Shown in pieces: positions 1-13,517 of a stretch of DNA of 64,000 bases. The notes beneath the pieces were generated by a model. The model ran no database searches, was not told the origin of the DNA, and was given only the letters and a program-made list of their open reading frames with translations. The DNA lies in NCBI RefSeq assembly GCF_964204645.1, contig NC_134031.1, forward strand, positions 8,680,001-8,744,000, in the 5' to 3' direction. The position numbers and the translations under genes were made by a program. Each line of letters opens with the position of its first letter. Within the stretch, counting starts at the first letter, position 1. The stretch comes from Tubulanus polymorphus (Eukaryota; Animalia; Nemertea).

Positions 1-644
1 TTATAGAATGAACAAAAAGACAGTTATTGACAAAAAGTGGGCCAAAAAAAATTGTTTTAATAAACATTATATAGCAGGACTCGTACCCATAAACAGCAGC
101 AAAGTGAAGGTAATCTTAGTTGGCAAAAACGCCGCACAACAAGTGGTGGTCGCTGCAACACATTGCTGAAAGTTCAACATGTTCAACTCATAGCGACTGG
201 GAGTTTTCTGTCCCTGACCCGTCGCTATCAATTGTAGACACGCTCAGGTCACTAGGTTAATGGGACCACAGACTTAACTATTGAATGAATTTCATGTTTC
301 TGCCAAACGTTTTAGCCTATGCTATTTGTTTTGTTAAACGATTCTGTTAAAGACAAATCTAGTTTATTCTGATGTTTTCCATCATGCGCCAGCCAAGAGA
401 TATATATTAATCAAGATTTGTATTGAAAAACCCATTTAATACAACAATTTCGCCACTTTCCCCTACACAAGATTCGTATTTAACGTACAACTGTAAGGTT
501 AATCTCGACTGACTGTGGTTTTTCCTACAAGAACTGTTATGCCCTATTGAAAAGAAAAATGAGAAGAAAACGATTTTTCTGAATGCAAAATACTCTGATG
601 CATAAGAGGTAGATCGACCAGACAAATGTATGCATCAAAATGTT

Positions 645-1010
645 GAACCCAGGAAGAAAGCCAATAAATATTTGGATGGATATATGAAAGCTGTGGGTAC
701 TGGAGTGTGTAATGGGTAGTGTAGTGTGATCTGTGTGCATTTGTGGCCAGCACACAGATCACATTGTTCATTGGGGTTTAGTCCAGGACTCGCGAGATTT
801 TCAACAACACGGAAGTAACGTGTAATAAATGATGACTTGAATTGCATGACTACCTACCACCCCTCATTATTGTTGGAAAAGTAAACGTTCCGCACTGACT
901 AAAAATTAGTAATAATAATTAATAACATTTTAGAAATGGCCAGAATTTTAACTTCGCGTAAATCCCGCGCGGTGGCGCCACCGAGCGGAGTGGGGCCAAT
1001 ACGTCGAGAT
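645..1010. repeat. Dispersed repeat; second copy at 13686-14345, split there by a ~315-bp insertion
   Basis: ccaggaagaaag...aaatatttggatggatatatgaaagctgtgggtactggagtgtgtaat...ttcgcgtaaatcccgcgcggtggcgc is near-identical at both places. Confidence 0.85.
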
Positions 1011-1065
1011 ACGTCGAGAGCGATGCCAGCGTTGGTGTCACTGAGGCAGGCTGATGATTGCTTGT

Positions 1066-1266
1066 TAGTCTTTTTGTTTGTTTACGTCGTTCGGACCTTG
1101 GTTTTTAAGCCTATTGGATTGTTCATTTAACCTCATGACGGGACGGCCTTTGAAGTGTTGCCCGCACCACTGTAAGCAGTCAGCAGGACTCGAACCCACA
1201 TGTCACTCAGCACTGATAGTGGATGCAACAGCATCAAGCCTTAGCTCACTGAGCTACTGCGGCTGC
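1066..1266 (-). mobile_element. tRNA-derived SINE
   Basis: Minus strand has an A-box-like TAGCTCAGTGAG and a B-box GGTTCGAGTCC at tRNA-like spacing, then a body ending in an (AAAC)n/A-rich tail. No complete cloverleaf. Confidence 0.65.
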
Positions 1267-2874
1267 TCAGTTCAATTCCAAATAAATTGCCCATGGGCGA
1301 AGTGTGGTTTACCTTGAAAGCTAGAGGTTGTTTGGGGTAAGGGCATTGCTTGAAAAATCTTTTTAATTTGTGACTTCAAAGTTCTACAAGTTTAAATATT
1401 CTATTTTATCTTTCTTAAAGGATTATTTTGTAGTCAAAAGACCAAAGATATACATTTGTTAACGGTCCACATCAAAAATCAAAAATCCTGTAGGGTACAG
1501 GTAGGCGCGGCATGGAAACTATTTTATATTTTCAAAGAAATATTTTTCATAATATGAAAAAATATTCAAATAAAATTCATATGATGTCACATATCAGAGG
1601 GTGGCTGAATGTATGGCCGCGGAAGCTAAAATACCGGTGCAGTAAGAAATTGGCGTATTAGATCGTTTTAAATCCTGGAATTTACCACTACAATATTCAG
1701 ACCTCGACCTATACCTATTGTTTGCTGCTTAGTATTTTCAGGTCACAAGAAATTACAATTTATAACAAATTCTATCAAACAGAAAACACAGCGCTCATCT
1801 TCTGCTCCCTGCTGATGAAATGTCAAATGCGCCAGCAAGCAGCATTTCAGTATCACTATAATAGTGTATACTGTACGCGCGTGTTTGTGTGTGCAACAGT
1901 CTAATCTAATGATTTCCGCGCGCACGTGGAGGCCTTGTGTAAGTGAATGTTCGCTTACACTTCAATGTCAATCAAATCAATCACCGGGTATTAAAATGAA
2001 ACAATACCTATGGCGGATAATAATTACATTCTCACCAGCAATGAGCATTTGAAATTTGCACGTATACGGCACCTAGTCCAATGAAATGTTCGCCATTCTA
2101 TGGCTTTCCCATAATTATTTTAGTAGCGCTGGAATTCCCCGTTAATCCCCAAAACAGCCAATCACATTCGCTCGTAGAGACAACGCCCCCCAATCGAGGT
2201 CATTGCAATTTTATACGCGAGAGATAAGAATTATCCGCCAAAAACAGTTTTTCGTAGAATTTTAACAATGTTGACCATGTCATCGACGGAGGTTCGCCAT
2301 GCCTTCAATCGCATCGATTATACGTTGTTTAAGCCGAGAACCAAGGAAACAAATGCTCACATAAAAAAACTTTATACGATTTTACATGAATTGCCTCAAT
2401 GCCAACTTCATATCGCTGACAAAGGTAAACCAAAAACAGTAGCGGCAAATAACCATTGCGATTTTGCAATTTTCGACAAACAATGTGGTTCATGTCAATT
2501 CAATCACTGTTATGGTGTTCAACGCATGGAAAAGATAAGAGTTATATTTACCGGCGCGCATTACAAAGCGAATCTATCTGCCGAGTGCGGACAGGGCTGC
2601 TACCACCTCGTGAGTGTGCAGGAGGCAGGCAGAGCATCTTAATGAAAAGTTATCTAAAAAATGGCCGAACCGATGGAATTTTACAATTAACTGTCAGTCA
2701 ACTGATTGATGATACAACATGGTTATTCTCAGCGTACTTAATAATGATATTTTCCTCTATTAAACAACTCTAGTAAAATTGAATAAAATAATCTATCTTT
2801 ATTGGTGATATCGTATCAAGGCTGGGTGGAACTTTTTACCGTTTGATGTTCGCGTCATCATGAAATGGTTTCAA

Positions 2875-3270
2875 CTTGGTTCAACTCCAGAATAGGTCAA
2901 AACAGTTCCATCATGGAGGGTTTTCTCAAATGAGGTGAGTGGTTCGGTTTCAAATTGCCATCAGAAACCTGATTGTCGACCGTTTCTCGAGACCTGATTA
3001 CCGATTGTCGACCTGCTCTCTAGTCGACAATCGGCAATGGGCAATCACAAACCAATCACCCACAGCATCTATATCACCATCACAATCACAGTACCTATAT
3101 CACCCTCACAATCACAGCATCTATGTCACCCTCACAATCATATGAATTTCATGAAAGTCAATAAAGGGAAACGGTCGACTATCAGGTTTCTGATTGCTGA
3201 TTGCCGATTGTCGACTCGAGAAATGGTTGACTATCAGGTTTCCGATTGCCGATTTCTGAAAATTACTTCA
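2875..3270. mobile_element. MITE-like element with inverted atcagaaacctgat..tcgacc motifs and an internal 26-bp minisatellite (~3045-3140)
   Basis: Motifs at 2950-3040 are inverted at 3170-3260. The unit atcaccctcacaatcacagcatctat repeats ~3.5 times. A homologous left part occurs at 37350-37495. Confidence 0.6.
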
Positions 3271-4559
3271 TGTGCCTCCTTCTATCTATGTGCGCGTATT
3301 AATACTTTTCTCAGTGAAAATGTTGGACCCGCAGATCTACTTTTACCTGTTCTGGAGTTGAGCCTTTAACTTTAGTAAAGGTGTTCCTGCGCGATCACAT
3401 AACTTACCCATACGGGTTTCAGTCATGAGTCGGCCAACCGTTCATCTGCTCTAGAAATATGTATTCTGCCACTGAGAATTAATCCCAATTAATCTCATTG
3501 CTTCTGATAGGAGGAATAACTATGATATTTAAACACTATGATATTCATAATGATATAATTTATGTTTTTCTTTTCAAAAGAGGCCATTCCCCATTCTTTA
3601 CTGCCAATGTCAATGCGGACATATGACTACGCGATTGCCTAACCCCCTCTCATCTACCACATAACTAATGAGAAAAATGCGAATTACTTTTTGGGCCAAT
3701 TAATCCGAAATCTGGCGACGCCTTCTTGTAGGGAATAATTGAAACATTATTTTGAGTCATTTTCAGCTGTGTCTGTATATTTTACGAGAACGGAGTTACA
3801 ATTTGAAGTTACTATGAAAATGAGAAGAGTCGGCGCTTTTTTTTTAAACTACGACTTTCGATCCATTTTACTTGCATTGGCATGATGTCATAGACATCAA
3901 CCAATGCTATAAATCAGACACTGTGCAAATGCCACTTTCAGTGCTGTCTAATTGATACTGTATAGTGCTGGGGATAATTTGAAATTTCGAAAAATTCCAC
4001 GCCAGTGTGTTGAATAACTGGTATACCACTTGAGTGCGTCTACACCGTGGCGCAGTGTTAGTTACTAATATTTCACTATGTTTGACAGATGCTGCCATCT
4101 TTCAATAGGGATAAAACTTAATTACTAATTACATCAATACACCACAGTGCGGTGTACTAGCAAAATCCATCACCGATTTATATATCGCACTGCAATGTAG
4201 ATGCACTGAATGGGCTAAAGCTCCCTCCACACTAGCCGAATAATGCGGACACAAAGTGCTCAGCGCAGTTTTCGGCTCTTGTGAGGGTGAGTTTTCCAAC
4301 GCATTTTGCCGTTCGCCAAATATCTAACATGTTTGATATTTTCCGAATCAGTGCAAAGTACACTCTTGTGTGCAGGCAACGGGCGCTACATTCATTGTCA
4401 ATACGCATAATTAAAATCCAACTCATAATTTTACCCTTGCAAGACTTCAATCCTGATGTAGATGTAATAAGAACAGAAAAATGTCTTTATTCAAATAGAT
4501 TTGAAAAAGAATAATGCGTCAAAAAACGCCAGGCACCTCAAGTGGATATAAGTATAGCG

Positions 4560-5250
4560 ACCCCGCCTATAAATCATAATTTGCCGAACTTCGAAAGTAC
4601 ATTCACGATTACGAGGCCGAGGATCATTACATTATTATTGAAGGTTTTACCTCTGGTTTTCGCATTGACAGCTTTTTCGTGAGTCCCTCATCTACCGAAT
4701 GCGTGGATAAAGTCAAGTCCGCTTGGGAGCGCCCTGACGTGATCCGTGAAAGGGTCAGCAAAGAGCTTTTAACGTGTAGAGTTCAGGGTACTTTTCAGAC
4801 CCCATTCATGTCGGACGGTACACCAATCCACGTTTTGCCCCTAGGAGTAGTTCCTAAAAACTCCAGGGGTTTTAGGGTTATTCACCACCTATCGTACCCA
4901 GAAGGCTTGGTTAACGATTTTATTCCCAAGGAGGCATCCGCCATAAAATATTCGACGATTCAGAATGCGATTAGAATCATTAAGTCCCTAGGTGACGATG
5001 TTTTTCTAGCAAAGACCGACATTGAGTCAGCCTTCAGAATAATCCCTATACATAAGTTAGACCAGCCACTGTTGGGTGTCACTTTAGATGGTCTTTATTA
5101 TGCCGATGCAGTTTTACCCATGGGTGCAGCCAGCTCCTGCGCGATTTTTGACCATTTCTCGTCATGTATTAAATGGATTGCTGTTAATAAGCCAGGGATT
5201 TCTTATGTTGTGCATATCTTAGACGATTTTCTAATTATTGCGAAACATTC
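4560..5250 (+). pseudogene. Reverse transcriptase of the YR retrotransposon (frameshifted, deleted after LDDF)
   Basis: ORF 4679-5269 has KTDIESAFRIIP, LPMGAASSC and HILDDFLII. The sequence jumps to KRKVTLREVQSLLG shortly after the DD motif. Confidence 0.85.
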
Positions 5251-5254
5251 CTGT

Positions 5255-5895
5255 CTAAACGGAAAGTAACCTTGCGAGAGGTGCAGTCGCTGCTAGGAAC
5301 TTTGCGCGTTCAGTGCTCGTACCGGGACGACCGTTCCTCAGGAGGCTGATCGACCTCACCGTTGGCGTGCCTCATCGTTCTTTGCATATATTACTAACGG
5401 CGAGCGCGAAGAACGATCTCCAGGTCTGGGAAGTCTTCCTTTCAAATTTTAACGGTCGATCGTTCTTCATCGATGAGCGTAAGCTCACTAATGATTGTTT
5501 GAATTTGTACACTGATTCCGCGGGTGCATTTGGTAACGGTGCGGTTTACAGCACCCACTGGTTCCATGGTTCGTGGCCCTTAAGCTGGAGGTCTTGTTCA
5601 ATCGCGGTCCTTGAACTACATCTGATCGTTGCCGCACTGTTAATTTGGGGGGCAAATTGGAAAAACAAGACCATATGTTTTAATTCCAATAACCAATCTG
5701 TGGTCCACATGATTAATAAACAATCATCACGAGATAAGGCTATGATGCAAGATAGTCTGTGTTTGTTTAAAATACAATATCCTTTTCATTAGCGAACACA
5801 TACCCGGTAAATATAACATTTTACCTGACCCACTTTCTCGGTTCCAGTTTCGTCGATTTCGCGTGGAAGCCCTGTGGGCCGACCCTCAACCTACA
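5255..5895 (+). pseudogene. RT thumb / RNase H of the YR retrotransposon
   Basis: PGRPFLRRLIDL, LYTDSAGAFG, SIAVLEL; a frameshifted HIPGKYNIL follows at ~5798. Confidence 0.8.
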
Positions 5896-5929
5896 CCGGT
5901 TGCTAGTCTTGGCTACCAGAAAGTATAAG

Positions 5930-7086
5930 CTACTATAGACGCCCTGTTAGCATCGGCCGTGACAACGGTACCGCGAAGGCCTATGAACGGTCTTGGGGTA
6001 AGCTAGTCGCGTTTGGTCAGCAGTCGGGCAACACCATTTTGGTTCTGGTTTCAGAGTATTCTATTATCTTGTCCGTCGCACATTTGCAAGAAGGGGGTTT
6101 GTCGACCTCGGCCATTGCTTCGGCCTCATATTTTCACAAGATACAAGGTGAGGCCTTTATCATTCAGAAAATGTTAGCAGGCGCGAGGAACCTATCACGG
6201 AGCTCAGATGTTCGTCTCCCTATTTCCGCAGATATTTTGGCCCGTATATTTGACTGCCTTGCCGTGAAGGAAAGCTTGGCTTACAACCGTCTTTTGATGA
6301 AATCAGTGATGATCATCGTGTTTTGTGGTTATTTTCGCCTAGGGGAGCTCCTACTGAGGACACTCAACTTAGCGTCGAGTGTGGTACAACTCGAAGACGT
6401 GACATTCACCGCCTTTGATCTCCAAATAGTCCTGAAGAAGTTTAAACACAGCGCAGGCGTGGGCCTTCAGGTCATCCATGTTGATTTTTCCTCCCTTTCA
6501 ACCAAAGTTACTGATGCCTGGTCGACTATCACCACTTATCTACAGCGCCGAGGCCCCCATCCAGGCCCACTGTTTATAGATTGCGATGGGACTCCATGGT
6601 TAAGGCGAGCATTCGATCATCGTCTCGTAAGTCTGCTGCAGTGGTGTAGACTAACACCTAAAGCCGGGCATAGGTCGGCCTTGCGATGCAACGCGATCAT
6701 CGCGTTGCGTCACAAGTGGCAGCGCAAGTCAGTTGTGATGCGGTTGTCAGCGACTGTGTGCGACTAGTTGCTGCCAGTCGCAACAGCACGCAGGTCGGTT
6801 GCGACGGAAGCGTCGCGTCGCAGTAAGTAGAACATGTGCGACTCATTGCGACTGGCGTCGCTGGCAGTCGCAACCCGTCGCTGGCGGTCGCAGTGAGTCG
6901 CGTCGCAGTGAGTCGCAAGCCGTCGCAAGGCCGACCTACGCCCGCCTTAAGGCGTTCAAGGGTCACTCCTTCCTCATCGATGCGGCAACTGATGCGACGT
7001 CGATGGGAGTCCCAGACACGCAGATAAGGGTGGCAGGCCGATGGAATTCCGAGGCCTTCCGTAAATACATCAGGATCGCGAGGTGA
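5930..7086 (+). pseudogene. Tyrosine recombinase interrupted by a MITE
   Basis: GYFRLGEL (catalytic R), KKFKH, GPLF. Removing 6662-6950 restores in-frame WCRLTPKAFKGHSFLIDAAT...GRWNSEAFRKYIR*. Confidence 0.88.
6662..6947. mobile_element. PIF/Harbinger-type (Tourist-like) MITE
   Basis: ~28-bp imperfect TIRs (AGCCGGGCATAGGTCGGCCTTGCGA / TCGCAAGGCCGACCTACGCCCGCCT), TAA TSD at 6659-6661 and 6948-6950, GTCGC-rich interior. Confidence 0.9.
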
Positions 7087-7329
7087 TCGGGTGGGCTCAG
7101 CCACAGGTGGGTGGCTTTGTGGCATTTTTATAGCCCACTTACGATTATTCAAGAACTTTTACCTTTTACTCCAAACTAGGTCAAACAACTGGGGCGTTTG
7201 ACTTCTTAGTAATAGTGCCGTAGTTACTTGTATTCATAAATAGGTCAAACGGCAGGGGTGTTTGACCGCGTAGTATTTTTTCTGATAATTGCTTAAATCC
7301 AAAACTAGGTCGAACCAGCTGGGGTGGTT

Positions 7330-7515
7330 GACCTAACCCAAACTCTTTTCTTTCACGCATGCGCGTTTGCAGATTATAGGAACTCACGTATGGCGTTTTT
7401 AGGGAACTCACGTACTGCGTTTTTAGGGAACTCACGTACAGTTAACCTGTGGATATCACCGTACAGTCACGTACGCGTAACAACTTTGTACTTAAAAAAT
7501 GGTATTGGCTACTAT
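7330..7515. repeat. Right part of the element at 23965-24314, with tandem ggaactcacgta units
   Basis: Near-identical to 24155-24314. Confidence 0.8.
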
Positions 7516-7972
7516 ATAATAGGCCTATAGACAAATAAATACCGGTAGGCTTTCTTAGGCCTAGCTTCCACACTTCACAACCAAACCAACTGACCAACCA
7601 GTATATTTATTCCCAGTACGCACCAACCGGCACAGGCCTAACACTGTTTGTCAACTGTGTGTACCGATGGCTATCGATAATCACCTGATACTTTTCTGTC
7701 ATGTGTTTTCTCTCTGAGACGAACGTAATTCTGCACTGTAATTCTAGTAGCCCTCCGCGACTCAACGACCTTGATTTAAACTTGATCAATTCAAAATCTG
7801 TTTATTGACGCTTTTGGTTACATGAACTGATCAGCAATATACTTAAATGAAATAACCGGAATAACAAGAAATCAAAAATATTAAAGAGGTAACAAACAAA
7901 TGCCCGTAAACCTGTCAGACACGCGAACGCCGGACTCGTAAACTATTGGACTCGGACCCGCTGAGCAATAAA

Positions 7973-8333
7973 TTCATAAAATTGACTTTGAAATTGATTG
8001 TGGAGAAGAGAGGGAATAATTCGATAGCTCTTCCTCATAAAGAAGAGAGAAATTTCGGAAAGAAAACACAACATGGCATCTAATTGAACGGAGCCAAATT
8101 TCCGATGTTTACGGCTCGACAGTGCCTTTATAACGTGGATTTATCAAAATTCCCATGCAGTATCTGGAGATTGAAGTGAGCTGAAGGATATCATACGGAT
8201 TGTATCGGCGACAGCGGTAAGGTAAGGAAGCCTTTACACTTTTAACAAAAACTGTGTGGAAAAGGGAAAAAAAAAAATAATAATAATCACACGAATTTCA
8301 ATAGGGTTTTCTGTGAAGAAACAGAAAACCCTA
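7973..8333 (-). mobile_element. Helentron-type non-autonomous element (family B); other copies at 24366-24723 (-) and 25257-26130 (+)
   Basis: 5' hairpin TAGGGTTTTCTG...CAGAAAACCCTA followed by (ATT)n, the DINE-1/HINE layout. The first two copies are near-identical. Confidence 0.6.
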
Positions 8334-9639
8334 AAAAGAATGTTAGTAGGAATTGCTCTCAAGTAGTAGTGGTTGTCAAGTTGCAAGTATTTCAAATATC
8401 TTTAGAAAACCAGGGTATTCAAATAAATATTGATTATTGTTTACCTGGTGGTATAGGCCTATATATTGGTTTGGAGCCAAGCCAAATCAACCTACAATAT
8501 GTAAAACATGATTCTATTCACCTGCCAAAACTCTTTTTCCCCGGTATATTTTATGGAGATTCTATCCATAATATAAACAAAAAAATATGATCGCAAGGGT
8601 CTTATAGAAACCTATTCATTGGTTAACAACTGGTATTGTAGGAGACATAGGCCTATGTGCAATGCGTGGTGACACAGAAGGTACGTAGACTAATGAGGTA
8701 TCCCATTACAACGTAGGATCCTAAAAATAGCGCAACAGTTTCAGAGAGTGTGTTACTATGGCAACAATCACCAGGCCGATTTGAACAACAAATACAACCA
8801 ATTTTGGAAATACACACAGTAGAATTGGGTATTTTCCTATCATATCAAAATAACATGGTATTTATTCATGACTATATGCCTTTGTATAATCACCAATGAA
8901 GCGATTGAAAAATTTGTGGCTCGCAAAGCCATTCATGTTGCACTGAAAATGCATGTTTTTGGTTAAAGGATATATAAACACTAGAACAAAAAATTGAGAA
9001 TAGCATAATTAACAAATTCATAACCATGAACATTAGGGCAAATGGATTGTAAACATGCGAATCATCATTCACTGTAATAGAAAGTAAATACGGAGGTTGT
9101 ATGTAGTAAAGGTGCATAGGTGTGGTGCAACAACATATCCCGCTGATGCTGCAGTGATAAGATGTCCCACTGAGGTATATTGCGCTCTTAAAAGCCAAAA
9201 ATTATGAGTTCAAGATATTGTAGCATGACGAAAAATAGCTGCAAAGCACTGATAATGGGATTTCTGCCTTGCTAGTTTATTTGACATACTGTGAATTATA
9301 TAGTTTTATTGAAAATTAGTTCAGTATAGAACTTCACCGTCACTCTCCGTGCGACATTTCAGTATGAAATTTCATTGATAATCAGTTGATCTGATATATA
9401 TTATGCATCTATGTGTTCAGTAAGGATTTTACATTCACATTTTGGATTTTGCGATACACCGTGGGACACCCCTTTGGCGCGTTATCTCAAACTCAAGCGG
9501 TTACAGATCAGTCGTCAAGAAAGATATTCAAACAATTTCAACGCAGGCCCAAACGGCAAATAACCCTTTTTACCATGTAAAAAATTGGAAATATAGATTT
9601 AAGAAATACTTAGATATTTTAAAATTAATAAAAATCGTG

Positions 9640-9925
9640 ATTTTTTTTACATTTTTTTACGTGCGGTTAAAATATGCAATCCTTGGTTTCACTTCGTCAC
9701 TGTTCTCAATTGTTGCGTTCAAAAAATCCAAGAATCACCAGCAAATATCTGCATTTCATTTCCTTTAAAATGGTGAACAAATTAAGTTGTCGAGCAAGGG
9801 CCTGCAGAACTATATGATATTCGATCTAAACTTATGTTTTAAAAATGAGCGCAAATTATTGCTACAATGGAGACCTCGTGGGACCGCCACAAAATGGCGC
9901 CTAGAAACTGGAAACTTCTATATTG
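9640..9925. repeat. Segment shared (inverted) with 53825-54100 inside the Tc1/mariner-like element
   Basis: ccttggtttcac.tcgtcactgttctcaattgttgcgttcaaaaa...aaaatggcgcctagaaactggaaactt matches the reverse complement of 53825-54100. Confidence 0.8.
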
Positions 9926-10171
9926 CGTGATATTTGACTTATCGCAAAACCCATCTGATATGCTACAGATCCTTCCTCACAGAATACCCATCATAAATTT
10001 CAATGAAATATGGCAAACCATTAGCAAGCTACTGGCCTGTCACAGGATGGCCATCTAGGGTCTGATCGATCTAACTTTTCTTATAAATGGGCCCTTGGGA
10101 GATACAAATACATGTGAAAGATAGTCCCATGGATACTCATCTTTCAAGGGCATTGCGTTAGTTGTCTTCCC

Positions 10172-10447
10172 CTGGGGCGGCGGAACTGGGTCGACCCAAT
10201 TCCTCCTCGAGTTCCGCTTAATTTCGTCCGTCGTTTTGTATCATTTAGCACATTTGTCTCAATTTCACACTCAAAGAGGTTCTCAGCATCAGAATGCATT
10301 TTTCGAAGCTATTTTTTCAAAATTTCCCAAACTTCAAGGGGTATCCCCGGCTCGTGGCTGTTTCAGTGAGTGAACAATACCTTACATCTCTATAAAATGT
10401 TCCAATAAATGGTATGGCCTAGGCTACCCAATGTTCCTCCGCCCCTG
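10172..10447. mobile_element. hAT-like MITE with 5-bp TSD
   Basis: TIRs C(T/A)GGGGCGG(C/A)GGAAC; TTCCC flanks both ends (10167-10171, 10448-10452). Confidence 0.7.
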
Positions 10448-10459
10448 TTCCCTGTTATT

Positions 10460-12330
10460 TATTTGTGATGATATGACATTACAAACTAATCTTATTCTCA
10501 CCCTTCTGAACCTACTAAAGCCGTGATCACAAGAGGATTTGGCACCTTTGAAATTGGCCCCGGATCAGACCCAAATCTTATTCAGCTCATGCCTAAATAG
10601 AGAGCACGCTCACTTGATACTATGAAAACAATGTAGAGACAAAGTAATCGAGTCACTTTTGAAACTAGTATTCCCACGCAATGAATTGACCAGTGCCTAT
10701 ATTTGGCTAATGCCTGGTCTCACATTTTCGATGAGCAAAAATTGCCCTAAGTGTGATCACAGGCTAATGAATTTGAATTCATTATGTAGGCTTGCATACT
10801 TCATTGTATGTACCTTTGTTGTATGGATTTTTCCAAACTTGACTCTGATTAGAGTACAGCTGTACGCATTATACAATTCCTCAATATGAATAGGGCCTAT
10901 CAAATTGGACTTCAATTATACCCTGGTTTGTAATAGCCCTAATGTTCGTACAATTAGCGTATATGAATCAGAAACTAGGGGTCCAGGGACAAGAGGCATA
11001 TATTGCTATCACAATCAGTTGCAAAATTCATGCTCACAAGGAAAGTGGTTTCAAATGCTAAACAATCTAACAATTTCAATAATCAACACTCCCTGGTAAC
11101 CATATACAAAACCAATGACCTTGAAACTCACCACATTCATAGAACATGTCAGATAGCAATATATGCCTAGGTACCAATATAATAAGTTATTTTACTATTC
11201 AACGCCCCCTGGTGACCATATGCAAAACCCAATGACCTTAAATCTCACTGCAATCATAGAACGTGTCACGACCTCCAATTTTGCAATGGATTATGGTAAC
11301 AAAATATGCCTAGGTACCAATATAATAAGGAAATACTAAGTTATTCTACAATTCAACTCACCCTGGTGACCATATAGAACAACTATTGTCCTTTAAACTC
11401 ACCACAATCATAGACCGTGTCATGAGTTATATCTTTGCAATTGGTTGTGGTAACAAATATGCATAGGTACGAATATAATATCGAAAAAATAAGTTATTGT
11501 ATTATTCAAGCCCCCTAGTGGCCATACACAAAAACCAATGACCTTGAAACTCACCACAATCATAGAACATGTTATGAGCTACAACTTTCCAATTGATTGT
11601 GGTAACAGAATATGCTTAGGTATCATGATATAATGTGGAAAAACTTTTTCCACCTACGAATGAGTACTGATGACACCAAGATGGCCGCCAATTGCGTGAT
11701 AATTGGCTGATCAAAAATACCTGTCTTAGGTATTAAAGATCCCTTTCCATAGAATAGCCACCACAAATTTTAAGGAAAATGGCAAACCAGTAGGCAGCTA
11801 CAGGACTGCCAAAATTGACATTCGAGGGCACAAAAAAGGTCAAGGACGGCCATCTTGAGTCCGATCGACCCAATCGTTTCATTTAAGTTTTTAAAATATT
11901 TTCCAGTTCCAACAACACAATGAATGTGTATAATGCAGATTCCGTGATGTGAAATGATCGATTGCAGTCCGAAGATCTGATTCTTTCGACTCATACTGAG
12001 TGATTCAACATGATGGACATTACACTGTGATAAGTTTGCGATGACTAGGATTGGATAGTTCAATTATGGACTTGTTGGCCTATTTGGGTCGGATTGCAAT
12101 TGAAACTCTTGGAATTGCTCTATTGACAATTTGTTTGCGATGAAAAGTGGATTTGAGCTGGATCATACAATGTAAATCAGCTTCTGCAAATACTAGTGCA
12201 AAGAACACACAAGTGTTTGATTCTAATAACTGCTCAGTCTATTAGGCTACGTTAACCTTTACTTGTAGAAACAATCATAATTTTGTTGTCCATCATTTTT
12301 TCTTTATTATGGATTTGACAGAGTATCAAC
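10460..12330. repeat. Old repeat, inverted homologue of ~22990-23850, split by a HINE at 10975-11880
   Basis: gtacagctgtacgcattata..aatagggcctat and gaagatctgattctttc.actca..gtgattcaac match the reverse complement of 23500-23560 and 23130-23270. Confidence 0.6.
10975..11880 (-). mobile_element. Helentron-associated element (DINE-1/HINE-like family A) with a ~154-bp tandem array
   Basis: 3' end reverse complement is CTAGGGGTCCAGGGAC. Monomers caacgccccctggtgacc occur at ~11200, 11354 and 11507. The core is shared with about ten other copies. Confidence 0.8.
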
Positions 12331-13197
12331 AGCAGCCCGGGACAAGGATCAATTCAATTCATAATTCAGGGCGATTCTCCCTGTGTTGTACAGGACACTA
12401 CACTACATTTTCAGCTAAAATAACTACAAGGCATCCTTTAATTTCAATGCGTTTTGGCACATTGGTACTTAGGGAAGTTGTTTATCATCAGACAGCAAAC
12501 AGATTCTGATATCATACATACAAGAAAAAAATATAGCCATTCAAAAATAGTGTTGTACAGGACGGAGACAAACCAAGCATTTTCAGATGAAAAGTTTGAA
12601 TGAAAATTTCTGTTAAATTTGGATAGACATGAAGGCAATAAAGAAGTTTCCAGTTTCAAGGCGCCATTTTGAGCGGTACATTCTGTTCAAACGCAAAGAT
12701 AGGCTCTCAACTAGGTCACCTTAAAAAATCATTGAAAATCATTGAAACTTCATTCAATTCCATTCATATAGGCCCCTAAACATTATGGTGCCCAGTGACA
12801 CATTTCACAAGTATTTTCAGGATATGACTTTGGTAGGAAAAATTTCATATTTTTGATTGCGTAGAGAACTTCACTTCCTGAAATATAGGGTGTTCGCCAC
12901 TACTTGACACCTGCATTGGCTGTCGATGGCAAATTTCATTCTTCACAAATCTAGGGTACTTTCAGGAGAATTGCCCTTCATCGAATTAATAGTGCTTATT
13001 ATAATTGGAGATCTACATCTTATACATGTAACATAAATTATGTATTATCAAGTAGGCCTAGGCCTATGTGGTTAAATTCAGTTTCATAGTTGGTACCTAT
13101 ATGAACATAGACATATGTGCAATACGACGACGAGAGAAATCCCACAATGATTCAGTCTGAGATTAAAACTACTTGAATAGCAGAGAATTTATTCAGA

Positions 13198-13236
13198 GCA
13201 ACGTTTCGGCTAAACACTATTAGCCATCATCAGGCG
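13198..13236 (-). ncRNA. Minimal type I hammerhead ribozyme motif in a Penelope-like remnant (~13125-13245)
   Basis: Minus strand: cgc-CUGAUGA-U-GGCUAA(uagugu)UUAGCC-GAA-ACGU-U-gcu. Confidence 0.75.
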
Positions 13237-13517
13237 TACTAATGTAGCCTACATAAGAAAAAAATCTAGCAACTTATTCACTTTCAGGTCCAAATTTAAC
13301 TCTAGTGGTTTATGTATATCCTACAAAACAAGTTTGATTTTGATAAATTGTGCTGGAGTTAAATACTTTTTCAATACTGGTTTATTTTTCAGGCTGAATA
13401 CCCCTGTTTTCAGTGATTATTATTATAACTCCTTTAGGCTAATCATAATTGTTTCAAATATTGCATCAGGTGTCCTAAGTTGAATAAACATTTTCATGGA
13501 ATTTAAAATGCTTTATA

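Larger units (their letters stand above)
4520..7130 (+). mobile_element. Decayed Ngaro-like tyrosine-recombinase retrotransposon (RT, RNase H, YR)
   Basis: Domain order RT, RNase H, tyrosine recombinase. The motifs PLGVVPK, RVIHHLSYP, LAKTDIESAFR, LPMG, LDDF, LYTDS and GHSF..AAT..GRWNS..F.KYIR are characteristic of DIRS/Ngaro elements. Ends are approximate. Confidence 0.88.

Noticed and set aside
2268-2773. 124-aa and 105-aa ORFs as genes
   Set aside because: No domain motifs or splice support. Consistent with chance ORFs.
3408-3450. Minus-strand micro-exon continuing the 16060-16180 candidate
   Set aside because: Splice-like signals exist, but there is no recognisable protein or supporting neighbouring exon.
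6697-7152. GC-rich overlapping ORFs (also 61518-62080)
   Set aside because: By-products of palindromic MITEs.
11080-11640. CRISPR-like array in the 154-bp repeats (also 55170-55710)
   Set aside because: Whole monomers are homologous with no unique spacers, no cas genes, and the context is eukaryotic.
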